64,000 nt of DNA from Vitrella brassicaformis CCMP3155 (Eukaryota; Protista; Chromerida), in the NCBI GenBank assembly GCA_001179505.1, contig CDMY01000356.1:1-64000 (forward strand). The letters run 5' to 3'. Shown piece after piece: positions 37,201 through 48,650 of this stretch. The notes below the pieces were generated by a model, which saw only the letters and a program-made list of their open reading frames with translations, did not search any database and had not been told where the DNA came from. Positions within the stretch are counted from its first letter, which is position 1; each line of letters starts with the position of its first letter. The translations under genes were made by a program, and so were the position numbers.

Positions 37201-39399
37201 ATGGAGAATCTTGTTCTCTTCATCGCCGCTGTCACGCTGCTGGGTGTCGTCAGCTCGGCATCTCTTCGTGATTCCGCCAAGATTCGCGGTGTCCTCAGGC
37301 AGCCCATCGCACCTTTGATCTCCACCGATCTGCACACCAGCGTCAGGGCGGACATCCAGGCCGATGTTCTAAGCGCAGTGGAGGGCGTGCCGCCATGCAG
37401 CTGCGATGAGTGTGTGGCAGCGATCCTACAGATAGCTGAAGAAGATAGCCATGGACTGCAGGTGCGTTGGCGATTCGAATGACCGCGGCAGACATGTGGC
37501 ATTAAGTGATCGGTTTGATTTGTCTTCAGTGCACGGTCAAGTCGGACCTTCTCGCGCAGCAGGAGACGGTGTGCCGCCAACAGGGCCCTGCGGACAGATG
37601 GGTCATTCAGATCGTAAGCCAGCCAGCCAGCCGGGGAGCGCAGGGGTGAAATGGCATGAGTATGATGAATGAATGGATTGTGTCCTTTGCTTGGCCCACC
37701 ATGCAGAGTGCCGACTTAGACTACACCCGCTTCTGCTCATATTCCTGCAAGGCATGGATGACGCGACATCATGATCAATATCCTTTGATCTGATCCACGT
37801 GTGGGTCTCCGTCCGTATGACATTGTATCTATCGTCTGTATGCAGCCTCAGGCACCTGACGACCGCAACGCAGCCGTGCCGTGTATGAGCCTCACTAGCG
37901 AGGAGGTCAGGCTGCTGCAGACACCTAGCGGCAACGGGCGCTCCAAAGGTGATGGATGCGATCGAGATGCAAACACGGGCATCGCATCCATCCATCCATC
38001 TCATTTAATTGTGGCTGACTTTGCAGTCTACGAGTTCAGTCCCATGGTCAACAGTACGTCCCTTTCCATGCTGAAGGGCGGGGAGGCAACGGGGGCAAAT
38101 CAGATGGTGTCGGGCGACAAGGCGCTGCGGGACACATTCTCTGACGAGTGAGTGAACGATTCCTTCGATCCGTCGCTAGCTACACAATGTCCCCCCTCTG
38201 TTCCTTTACATCGATCAGGCATGTTCGCGTCCGTGACAAGGCAGCTGCGCCTGAGGAGGGTCAACCCTCTTGTCCAGACTGCCACTGTGAGCACTGATTA
38301 CGAAAAGGCGGACACATTTAGCTGTCCTGCTTGCCACATGCTCTTATCAGGCCATTGTCCCGAGTCGCCGCCCTGCCCATATGTCTCTGTACCTCCGCCA
38401 CCACGTGAGGCAACCAACACACATTACAGTTAACAAACACAGAAGAAAGGAGCTCAACTCATGGCATGGATGGCATCGTGTCCTCTGTGTCCAGCTCCAC
38501 CCCCTCCATCGCCTCCATTACCACCTCTCCCGGTGGGTGTTCGAGAACATGAGAACACGAATCTTGTGTTTGGTGTCTGGATGACCACTCGCTGCAATGC
38601 AGCCTCCTGTGCAGCCTCCTGTGGCTACACCACCGCAGGTTGTTTCACCAGTTGGGTACGGCATGCCCGCAACGTTTCCAGGTAGCGTGCCAGCCATGGC
38701 GCCGGCTGTGCCACCGGCGGCACCCGGAGCTATGTCTCAACCAATGCCTCAGCAGCCTGTGCCAGGTGGGGGAGGGAAATACCTGCGCCAGTCGACATTG
38801 TGTCTCTGCTGCCATGGATGGATGGATGCAGCTGGTGGGGCCTCTGTGGTGGAGCCACCACAGGGAACGACAAACGAAACTATACCAGGTATAAAGGCTT
38901 TGCCCGCCCCAAATGTCAGTCAGTTCGAAATGTGTCCACATGTCCGTATTTCTCTCCAGGTGCCTCGGTCCAGCCTGCCCCCTCTCCCGTGACAGACACA
39001 GACACACTGTCGAACGGCACAGCACCAGCGACAGCATCCAGCGGCCAACAGCAGCGGCCACAAGCAGTCCAGGCGGCCCCCCAGCAGCAGCAATCGCCGC
39101 CCCAGCTGCCCGGGGTCATATCCCCGCCAACCGCCCAGCCGCAGCAGCCCTCAGCGAATAATCCTGTGCCTCCCACGCCGCAGCAGCAGCAGCAGACGGG
39201 CGCAGTGCAGCCAGTGCAGGCAAGCCAAGGTGCACAGCCAGATGAAAGCGGGACAGCTGGGGAGGAGAATGCCACCAATGGCACCAATCCCGTGCCACCA
39301 CAGCAGCCGCAGCAAGAGCAGACGTCACACGGGGGTCTGTTCAACCCGCCGGCAGCTGCCCTGCTGCTGTTTCGCTCGCGGAGGGGCAGGAGGGAGTGA
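37201..39399 (+). CDS. Secreted protein with an N-terminal Cys-containing domain and a long Pro/Gln-rich tail
   Basis: Signal MENLVLFIAAVTLLGVVSSA. Exons carry CSCDEC, VC, DYTRFCSYSCK and VPCMSL, followed by multiple P/Q-rich exons. The 3' end may extend further. Confidence 0.7.
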
Positions 39400-40774
39400 C
39401 GTTTGTGTGTGGGGACAGCTGGGGTAGACGGGTATGTGCAGATGGATGCATGGCATGAGCGTCAGTCGGTGTTGTGTACGTTGTGTTATCGACTCTGTGG
39501 GTCTCTCCGTCGCATTGCACCCATTGATGGTTTGTTCCAGTTCAATGCAATGCATGTCTCTCTCGATCCCACCCCACCTCCGCACCGCACAGCACCGCAC
39601 CCCTCATGAATAAAAGACCGACAGACACGTCTGTCGAGATTAGGGGGAAGACTGACCACGGGAGAGCTGGAAAGGAAACTACCGAGGCAGGCAAGGCACA
39701 CACGTCATGCACACTGCACGGAACGGACACTGCTTGCCTTGCTTGGAGGAGCGTTAGTTATGCCACAGACAGTGGATGGATGGATGGATGGATCTCTGCC
39801 TGGCTGTCTGTCTGTCTGTGTGTGGTGGAAAAAGCCACCAGATAAGAAGCGAAACTGAGACACCACAGATGGATGGATGGATAAGAGGGTGTGTCGTGTC
39901 GTGTCGGTTCCCTTGTGGGTGTGGTGTGGTGTCTATCTATGCTCTATCTATTGTATTGTCTGTACTACAGGCGGGCTGCTCCAGGCGACCGACTGTGTCC
40001 TCTCTCCCCCCTCCGCTCCCCTCCCATCCCCTCAGCTCAAGTGAGTGAGTGGATGGTGTCCTTACTCTACAAGGATGAGTAAATCACTGCAGACAGATAA
40101 AATGGCGTGGATGTTCATCGCACCGCACCGCCCAGGTCAGGTCAGGTGGGTGGAGAAAGATAGACAGGCAGGCACGCATTGCAAGCAGAAGGAAACAAAG
40201 ACCAGCCATCCCATCCAGCCATCCATCCATCCACCAACATGCAGACCAGACCCACCACGCACATCACACACATCCACGCGTCGACATTCTCACTGCACTG
40301 ATCGATTCCATCATCGATGGGTGCACCCACCTACCTGTGTGCTCCTGACTGACTCCCACGTGAGTCTCTTTGTTTCCTCGTCTCGGAGGTCGCTCAAGGC
40401 TCACCCATGGAATCGCCAGGCTCACACAGACACGCAGATGCAGACAGACGCCAGCAAAGACGTACGGGCACGGGAACAAACACCATGCATACACGCCACA
40501 CAGGAACAGCAGACATTGGTTTGGTCATTCGTACGTTGCCCGATGGATGGATGGATGGATGGATGGGTGTCGTTGTCTCTCAGCAACATGCCCATGTTGA
40601 CACAGTGCCATGATTCGACAGGCACCGGATCGACATGCACCGTGACCGACAGACAGGACACCCCTCCATCCCTCCATTCCATTGAGGCGAAAACACCGTA
40701 AGTAATCAAGCCGCAAAGCACAGCATCATTCAAACAGTCAGTCGCTCATGGTAAGTAAAACGAACGGGATCAGG

Positions 40775-43319
40775 TCAAGCATACACGGTCGACACAGGGG
40801 CCTGCAACACAGACAGACAGACAGACAGACACATATTCCCATACATGAACCCATACATGCATCCTCGCTGCTGTCCGTGTCGGTCCATGCTCTGACCTGT
40901 TGGCTGTTGATGTGGTTGTGCAGCATGGCAGCGTGTGTGTGGGCGTATTCGATCTCGGGAATAGCGCCCCTGTAAACATCGGGGTAGGACGTGCAGTCAG
41001 CCAACCCACACATGTTCACGCCTCTGCAGCCACACACACACACACACAGACACACAGAGAGAGAGAGAGAGAGAGAGAGGTACACAGACGTTGATGCATC
41101 CCGACCGACACGCACCTCTCGATCCAGAAGTGGCCGGCCATGCCGAAACTGGCGCCCCTGAAAGAGACACACCCGGCCCGCAGTTGCACCCATGAGTTCG
41201 TGTCATCCTCTCCCTCTCAGATTGACTGACTGACTCACTGACTGACCATGAGTTGCGCATGATCCAGTAGTCCTTGCCCTCGTGTGTGCCATACCCGACC
41301 GCCACCACCGCATGGTTCACCTTGTGGCGGTCCGTGGAGCATTTGGGCGAGCTGACCAGACAGAGCCAGGCACATACACCAGACACACACGACACACTCA
41401 CTCTTGCTGCGTACACAAGGTGTGTCTGATCTGGTCTGTGTTGGCTTACGAGTAGACGCCCTTCTTGTAAAACCTGAAGTCGCGCACCACCTCGTAGGCA
41501 ATCGAGACGGGACCCCTGAGCATATCCAATACACACACACACACACACACACACATCCAGACGCCTCTCATCGCCGGCTGTTCTGTCCATAAGTGTATTC
41601 ATGTTCCGAGCCCACATGGTTGCGACGGCTTCGAACAGCTCATCTTCGTCGAAGGCGGTGATATTGATGGGCCCGCCCGGCACCACACCGGCTACGTCAA
41701 TCTTTGACGCATTGTACCTGCGCCCATTGACACAATGACACGGATCCACGAACCAATCACCACAGAAGGATCCCCCACTGCCCACCTGCACGTGTGTTTG
41801 GGGTGCTTCTCAATGCCCCCGTCCTGGTAGGGGTAGCTGTTCTCGGTGTCCTGACCGCCTTGCCAGTGGATGTAGGAGAAGGCGTGGCTGGGCAGCCCGC
41901 CGTGGCATCCATGGTTGTCGAAACCGCGGGCACAGTCGATGAGCTGCTGCTCCGACAGCGTTTTCGCCCACTTGAAGAAGCCGCCACACTCCTGGGTGCG
42001 GATGCACGACACGTCCACCTCGCCACTCGCCAGCTCTTTCCTCATGTTCTTCAGTGCCATGTGTGCTTCCATCGACCCCTGCGCACCGCACCGCACCGCA
42101 CCGCACACATGGATGGAAGATCCATGCATGTGTATGTGTGGTGGCAGCTGGTCTGCCTACCTACCGTGGACGAGAAGGTCCAGCAACTGCCGCAGTGCCC
42201 CTGGTTCTTCACAGGTGACAACTGCACACACAGAAAGGGAAAAAGGGAGAGAGAGAGACGCCCAATACAATACACACATTTCGCTCCCCTTCCTCCCTCC
42301 CTGTGCGCATTGGTTGAATGCTTGCCTTGCCCCACTCACTCACTCACCACGCCATACATGCGCCAGTCGAACCAAGGGGCAAACTCGTAGCTCAGCGACC
42401 GCCCATACCGCTTCCTGCTGTGCGGCGGTGCCGACGTCCGCAGGAGACCCTTGTTACTGCGGAGGGACGCCTCCTGAGTTGCAGAACAGTCCTGAATGAA
42501 TGACAAATCACACAGACACACACACAGACACAGACACACACACACAAAAGGGCGAGTGAGTTGGGGGTTGTGGTGTGGTGAGGTGTGGTGCGTGTGGCGG
42601 CCATGCATGGCATGGCATGGCATATATGGTATGCATGTGGGAGCAATGGATGCCTCATCAGCCCATCCATGAGGACTGAGAGGCTCATGTACTTCCTGGG
42701 TGGGTGGCTATCGCACAGACTCAACATTCATTGGCACTTGAGTCACCGATGTGACACATAACAGACAACACCGGCCGGCTTATTGTGCGGTGCGGTATGA
42801 CTGACTTACGAACGTATGCACTGCACTGCACGCCCCACTCACCTACCTGTTCCGCCATCAGCACGCGGCCCTGGAACTCTTCCCACGTCAGATCCGCATA
42901 CTCGTTGAGACCAGCCTCCCACCTGACACAGCCACACACACACACACACACATGGCCATCCCATCCACCAAGGCCGTCTCCGTGGGAGTGTGCGTGCATG
43001 CAAGCATACGTCTGTCCAGGCCCGCTGTTGATCTCTTCGACGGCGCGCACATTGTCACGGAAGATCTCCAGGCGACGTGAGAGCTCCTCGGGATCATTGG
43101 CGTAGCTCTTCCCATACTCGCTGACGAAGCTTTGGAATGCCGCCTCCTGAATCAGCACCAACACAGCAGACAGTGAACTCCCCGGCATCTCTCGTGGCAC
43201 CTACTGCATGGCTTGCCCCTCACCACTTGCTCCGAGGTCAAGCGCTCGGGTGCAGCGGCAGCACCGGCAAAGAGCGCCGTAAAGAGGAGAGGCAGGCACT
43301 GCACAGCTGAGATCTTCAT
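40775..43319 (-). CDS. Papain-family (C1A) cysteine protease, cathepsin H/aleurain-like
   Basis: Signal [22 protein letters not shown] and an I29 prodomain ([20 protein letters not shown]). Minichain-like EQDCSAT. Catalytic motifs [16 protein letters not shown] and WIMRNSWG; also [10 protein letters not shown]. Confidence 0.93.
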
Positions 43320-43370
43320 TGACAGAGAGGAAAGAAGGCAGACCAGCAGCAGCGGTTGGGGAGGCAGATC

Positions 43371-43381
43371 TTTGCGAGCTT
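43371..43381 (+). promoter_or_regulatory. Candidate promoter motif TTTGCGAGCTT in the 87-bp cathepsin/SDR spacer
   Basis: Exact copy of the 11-mer at 8054. Confidence 0.55.
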
Positions 43382-43406
43382 GAATCTGGGGAGGCGGGCT
43401 GGCAAG

Positions 43407-44830
43407 ATGAAGGGCACATACGTCATCACGGGGGCGTCCTCAGGCATCGGCCTCGCCCTGGCAGAAAGGTAATCTGCACACTCCTTCATCTGCTACACAG
43501 ATTCATTGCTTGTGAGTCCTTCAGGCTGGCAGCGGTGCCTGACACACATCTGCTGCTCACGGGCCGCTCGCTCGACAAGATGGAGGGCATCGCATCCAAG
43601 GCCATCAGACCCAAGCTGCATGGCTCGTCGTTTGCCGACTGCTTCTCGCTGGACCTCTCATCCTTCGCCTCCATTGAGGGCTTTGCAGAGGCTGTCAAGA
43701 AGTGTGTGGCTGGTGAGGGGCTTGACGTGATTGTTGGCAATGCGGGGTTGCAGGACACGCAGTATCGGACGACGCAGGAGGGCTTTGAGATGACATGGGG
43801 GTCCAACCACCTTGGGTGGGTGAGAGAGCATGCATGACTGCTCGGGCAGGCGATGCGATGGAATGATTGCATTGCCGGTTTGTTTCCCATTTGAATGCCT
43901 GCAGGCATTTCTATCTGGTGCGTCTGCTGCTGCCGTTGTTCTATGAATGCACGGAGGGGAAGAAGGACGCGCAGATCATCATGGTGAACAGAACAAGAGC
44001 CAACGACCGACGCCAGCCAATCAATCACACAGACAGCTCAGCTCCCTCTGCCTGGCTGCCTGTTTGTCCGCTCGTCAGGTGTCATCGGGCACCCACGATC
44101 CAGCCCGGAAGACGCCCGTGCCGCCGCCCAAGTTTGACAAGATAGAGGACATCGCAACAGTGCCGCACATTCGCGTCGATCCTACGCTCCCCGAGGAGGA
44201 CAAGAAGGTGGGAAAACAGCCAAACCAAACAGCACAGCACACGGATTGACGATTTCTGTGTCTGTGTTCAGGCGCAGTTGGCTGCGAATGAGAAGGAGTA
44301 CAATGGGTTGCGCGCTTACTCGCAGTCGAAGCTCTGCAATGTTTTCTTTGCCTATGAGCTGTCACGGCGGCTCCAGGGGCTGTGCCAGGCAGGTGGCAAG
44401 GGCGGATCGAGAAAGATATACACTATCGCATATGACCCTGTAAGTGCCAGCACAAACAAGACCGATGCGATGCGATGCCATGCACACACATTACGTTATG
44501 TGTGCTGGCTTTTCTCGATGTGATGGATGTTTGGTTCAGGGATGGATCCCAGACACCGCCTTGATGCGGAACAGCGTCATCCGCTACCTGGTTCCCGTTC
44601 TGGCCCCCATCATCCGCATGACGTCGCGCATGGCGAGCACCACTGAGCACACCAGCCTCTGGATGTGTAAGCTGGTGACGGGGGAGGTGCTGCCCGTGCC
44701 CGATGGCTGCTACTGGAGCGTCGACCGGGAAGAGAGGAGTAGCGAACTGAGCTATGACGAGAGGCTGCAGAAGGAGTTGTGGGATATGAGTTGTCGATTT
44801 ACCAGATTGGGGGAAGAGCTGGCTGTCTGA
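43407..44830 (+). CDS. Classical short-chain dehydrogenase/reductase (retinol dehydrogenase/protochlorophyllide reductase-like clade)
   Basis: YVITGASSGIG, LDLSSFASI, VGNAG, GFEMTWGSNHLGHF, VSSGTHDP, AYSQSKLCN (YxxxK), YDPGWIPDTALMR. Confidence 0.93.
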
Positions 44831-45165
44831 GACAGATAGAGGGCCCACCCCCAGCTTTTTGTGTGTCGACATTTGTGCAATAAATGGCTTTCGTGTGAGG
44901 TTCGTGTGCGTGTGAGCGTGTTTTCGAATGTGGCATGGCTGTGCTTTGTATTTTGAATCAGTATGTGGCCATCCATTTTATCAACAGATGCATTGCATCA
45001 GTTTCACGTCGACACATCACATGCACCATTCATTCATTTCTTCCACGGCCTTTCAAACAAAGGAAAGGCAAAAAAGCCAACCCTTGTGAAATCGACACTA
45101 CTGTACCATTCGATCGCTGACCTCACCCACTCAATCAATCAATTAACCGTCTGGCGTTCGTTCGT

Positions 45166-48100
45166 TCACCCTGCCCTGTTGGCATCACCTTGCTGCCGCT
45201 GACTGTTCCCCTGACCCGCCAAGCCAACACCCGCACCCTCCCGCCCCTCACCCCCACCCCCACCTCGGCTGTGGCCGTCTTCATCTCTCAGCTGCTCGTA
45301 CCCGCCCCTGTTTGCCCGACCCCTCCCGCCAGTTGTCCTGTGCGGCGATCGAGATTGCGCCGCCGCCCGCTCTGATGGAGACGATTCGCCGTGTCCGTAT
45401 GTGGCGGCGTCCGTGCTGATTCCTCCCTCGCCCTCCGACTGCCTCCCATCAGGCTCGGCTGCCTCCGCCATGTTGTCGCTCAGCTTCGCCTTGAGCTTTG
45501 GCGGCGGCGCGACGACTATGGAGACGGGGTGGTGGCGGCCAGGTGAGTTTGGCGAGTCACTGCCGCTCGACTGCCCCGCATCCGCATCGCCGGAGGCGTC
45601 GCCTTTTCTTTTGGTCTTCCAGCGCGCCCCCACCACTGCAGGGAGTGTGCTGACGCCGGCCGGGGAGGTGGCCGGTGAGGGCTGGTTATGGTTGTTGGGG
45701 GAGCTGGAAGCCTCGGGGGCTGTGAGCTTGGCCAGCTCTGGATCTTCGGGAGTGTCGTTGTGACTCACACTGTCGTCTGGACGAACGGCACACGCGTGCA
45801 CACAATAAATAATGCGAAGGCGACTATTTCCCTTCTTAGTGGCGTGGGCATGTTTACCAACAAGGTTGTCATCGAGATGGGCGTCCGGGATGAGACAGAA
45901 TGTGAGTGGGATGCAGAGGGCCGGCAGGATGATGTGGCCCACAACGATGAGAGCTGGCAAGCCGGCAAAGTTGCAGGAACCCTCCTGAGCCAACGGACAG
46001 ATTCATAGACGGGTGCATGTCACTTGTCGTCACGTGTCCGTCCGTCCGTCCGTCTCACTTCGGTGGATATGCCTGCTGCCTTGGTGAGCCACACACCCGT
46101 CGCCCGGGACACGTTGGCACCGAAATTAGCGAACCCAGCCAAGATCGCATATATTGTCGACTCCCTGACGATATGATAGATACAGACAGACAGACAGACA
46201 GACAAGCCAAATTCTCTCGTCAATAAAGACACAGAGGTCGCTGAGTTCTCTGTCCTTGTCTATCTGTCCATCCATCCATCCATAGGTACTTACATGTTCT
46301 TGGGGCAGAGTTTGGATGTGAGTATGACGGCGGGCATAAAGGCCATCATACCACAGAAGGGCTGGATGATGGCGTCCCCCAACATGTACATCCACTTGTC
46401 CGGCACACCCAACCGGGAGACGTTCCATCGTTGGACCAGAATGAGGTCGAAGAAGGATGCCAGGATGCGCAAGACGGTCGTGACCCAGAACACGGCTCTG
46501 AACCGCCACGAGCTCAACACCGTCTGGAACACCCAAAGTCCGACAGATGACGCCGCTATACCCGCTGAACGAACAAACAACCCGGGAAGAGCACATGTGC
46601 CTGCGGGTCGGGTGTGCGAGAAGCGCTTGGGGCTTTCATGCATGCGGCGCGTACCGATTTGGGTCCATGTGGTGTAGTATGTATAGTCAAAGGCAGGCCC
46701 ACCAGGCAGGCACTTGGCATCGCTGGTATACCAGAACTGAAAACAGAAAAGGCAAGACACGCATTCAACAAGAAACCATGCACCTCTTCTTCTTGTTCTC
46801 TTGCAGCTGTACGTCAAGGGCACCGCTGATCGATATGTACAGAGCATCTGACGACAGACAGACAAATAACACACAACAAACAAATCCTCTCGTGTGCATG
46901 CATGTGTGCCACGCGTGTGCACGACGGACGGACCTTGCAAGAACATGTACAGGTTGCACATGGCGAGTGTCCGCGGCAGACACCAAAAGGCCATGCAGCA
47001 CAAGACAAACGACACGCAAATGGCGTAGAACACCTGCGCAAGCTCCGTGCCAAGCAATCCTGAACCAACACAACAACACAACACAACCCAACCCAACCCA
47101 GATGGGTGACATGACAGGTGCCATTGCTGTATGTATGCTGTGCTGACCGACGACAGCAAGTCCTAACGCCCCTACAGCCATCGACAGCGCCAACACAAAC
47201 GGACGGATCTGAGCACTTATCTTCGCACCCTGACAGACACACAACAGCCACCCATACACATCCATCCATCCATCCATCCCTTGCTCCCCTCCCTCCCTCC
47301 CACCTCTAGTCGATTGCTCTTGCTGGGCGGCACCTGCACCTCAGGCAGGAATCCCATGGCCAACGGGATGAGCGCTTGGCAGGCGCACGGGAGCGCTATC
47401 CAGAAGACGACGGCGACATCGAGGTAGTCGGCTACGGGGCCAACTATGAAGCTCGCCACCAACTCGCCCAGCATCACGCACAGCCACACGAACGTCACGA
47501 CATCTACGTGTACGTACAGGGAGAGAAACAAACAAAGGCACTCGTCGCTCCACACACGGCTTGGCTTCTGCGTGCTCCCTACCTCTCTCCTGCCTCACCT
47601 GATTTGGTGTGTGGATTGGCCACCATGAGTTCTGCGTACTTTCCCTCACACAGCAAATCGAGTGTGGAGCATTGTAGCATCACAAAGAATAACCCAATCG
47701 CAATCGTGGCCGGCGCGTGCATGGCCACATCCGCTGGCAGCAGCGCCAGCCCGAGGGAGCCCGCGATGCCGAACAAAGCCGCAATCATCATGTAGTACCT
47801 GCAACAGCACACACGCACGAACGCACGAACGCACGTATGTATGTAAGTATGTGATCTACCCATCCACCACTTGGTCCGTCCGTCCCTCACTTACCGTTTG
47901 TTGTATCCAAACAGCGGGAGTGCGTCGGAAAGCGCCCCAATGAGTCCCTTGCAAGCCCAAGGCGACATGCCCACGAAGACGATGGTCTGGTAGGCAATGG
48001 CAGAGAGCCCCGCCTTTTTCTTGGAAAAGGGCAGCTGAGCGCCGTAGACGAGCTTGCTCACCAGCCCCTTGACGCCCAGATACACTGACATCAGCATGAT

Positions 48101-48361
48101 GATAAATCTCCACCCAAAGTTGTCCCTCAGCCGGCCCAAGTAGGCGGAGAACGCACCGGGGCCGATGTTGTTGAGGACCGTCTTGAGAGATGGGACGTTG
48201 CAATAGCCAGTTCCCTTGTCATCGTCGGCAAGATCTTCATCTCGGTATTCCTCTGTGTGCCGGTCGGGTCTGTCCATCTCTTCTCCTGCTGTCATTGTTC
48301 GAGGGGTGGAGTGCAGCAGCGGCTCGGCTGCGAATAGCGGCAGATACAGAGGGTCGTCCAC
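45166..48361 (-). CDS. BT1 / folate-biopterin transporter family protein
   Basis: SPWACKGLIGALSDALPLFGYNKRYY, DLLCEGKYAELM, SKLCPKNMESTIYAILAGFANFG; about 12 hydrophobic segments and a low-complexity C-tail. An alternative start lies about 66 nt downstream (MTAGEE). Confidence 0.92.
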
Positions 48362-48485
48362 TTTGGCGTCACCAGGGACGAGGAGGAAGCCTCCTTGTCA
48401 GGGTCTTTCGCTTAAGTGGAGCATTCAAGGGTTTTTGGGGTCTAGGGTTTCTTGTTAAGATTAGGCTGCTCTAGCCCAGAAAGAG

Positions 48486-48495
48486 GGCTCGCAAA
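48486..48495 (-). promoter_or_regulatory. Variant motif TTTGCGAGCC between BT1 and the macrodomain-like gene
   Basis: ggctcgcaaa on the plus strand; one mismatch to the core. Confidence 0.4.
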
Positions 48496-48650
48496 GTGAG
48501 TGGATCCCGAAGCAACCAACCTTTCCAGTTCCAGCATTCTTATTCTTTGCTATTGGCGTTCGTCTTGTCGTTCATCGGTCCTCTCGCAGCAGCGTTTCTG
48601 TCGTCGACGATTTCTCTTGACCTCTCTCGGTTTTTCTCTCTCAAGACGGG

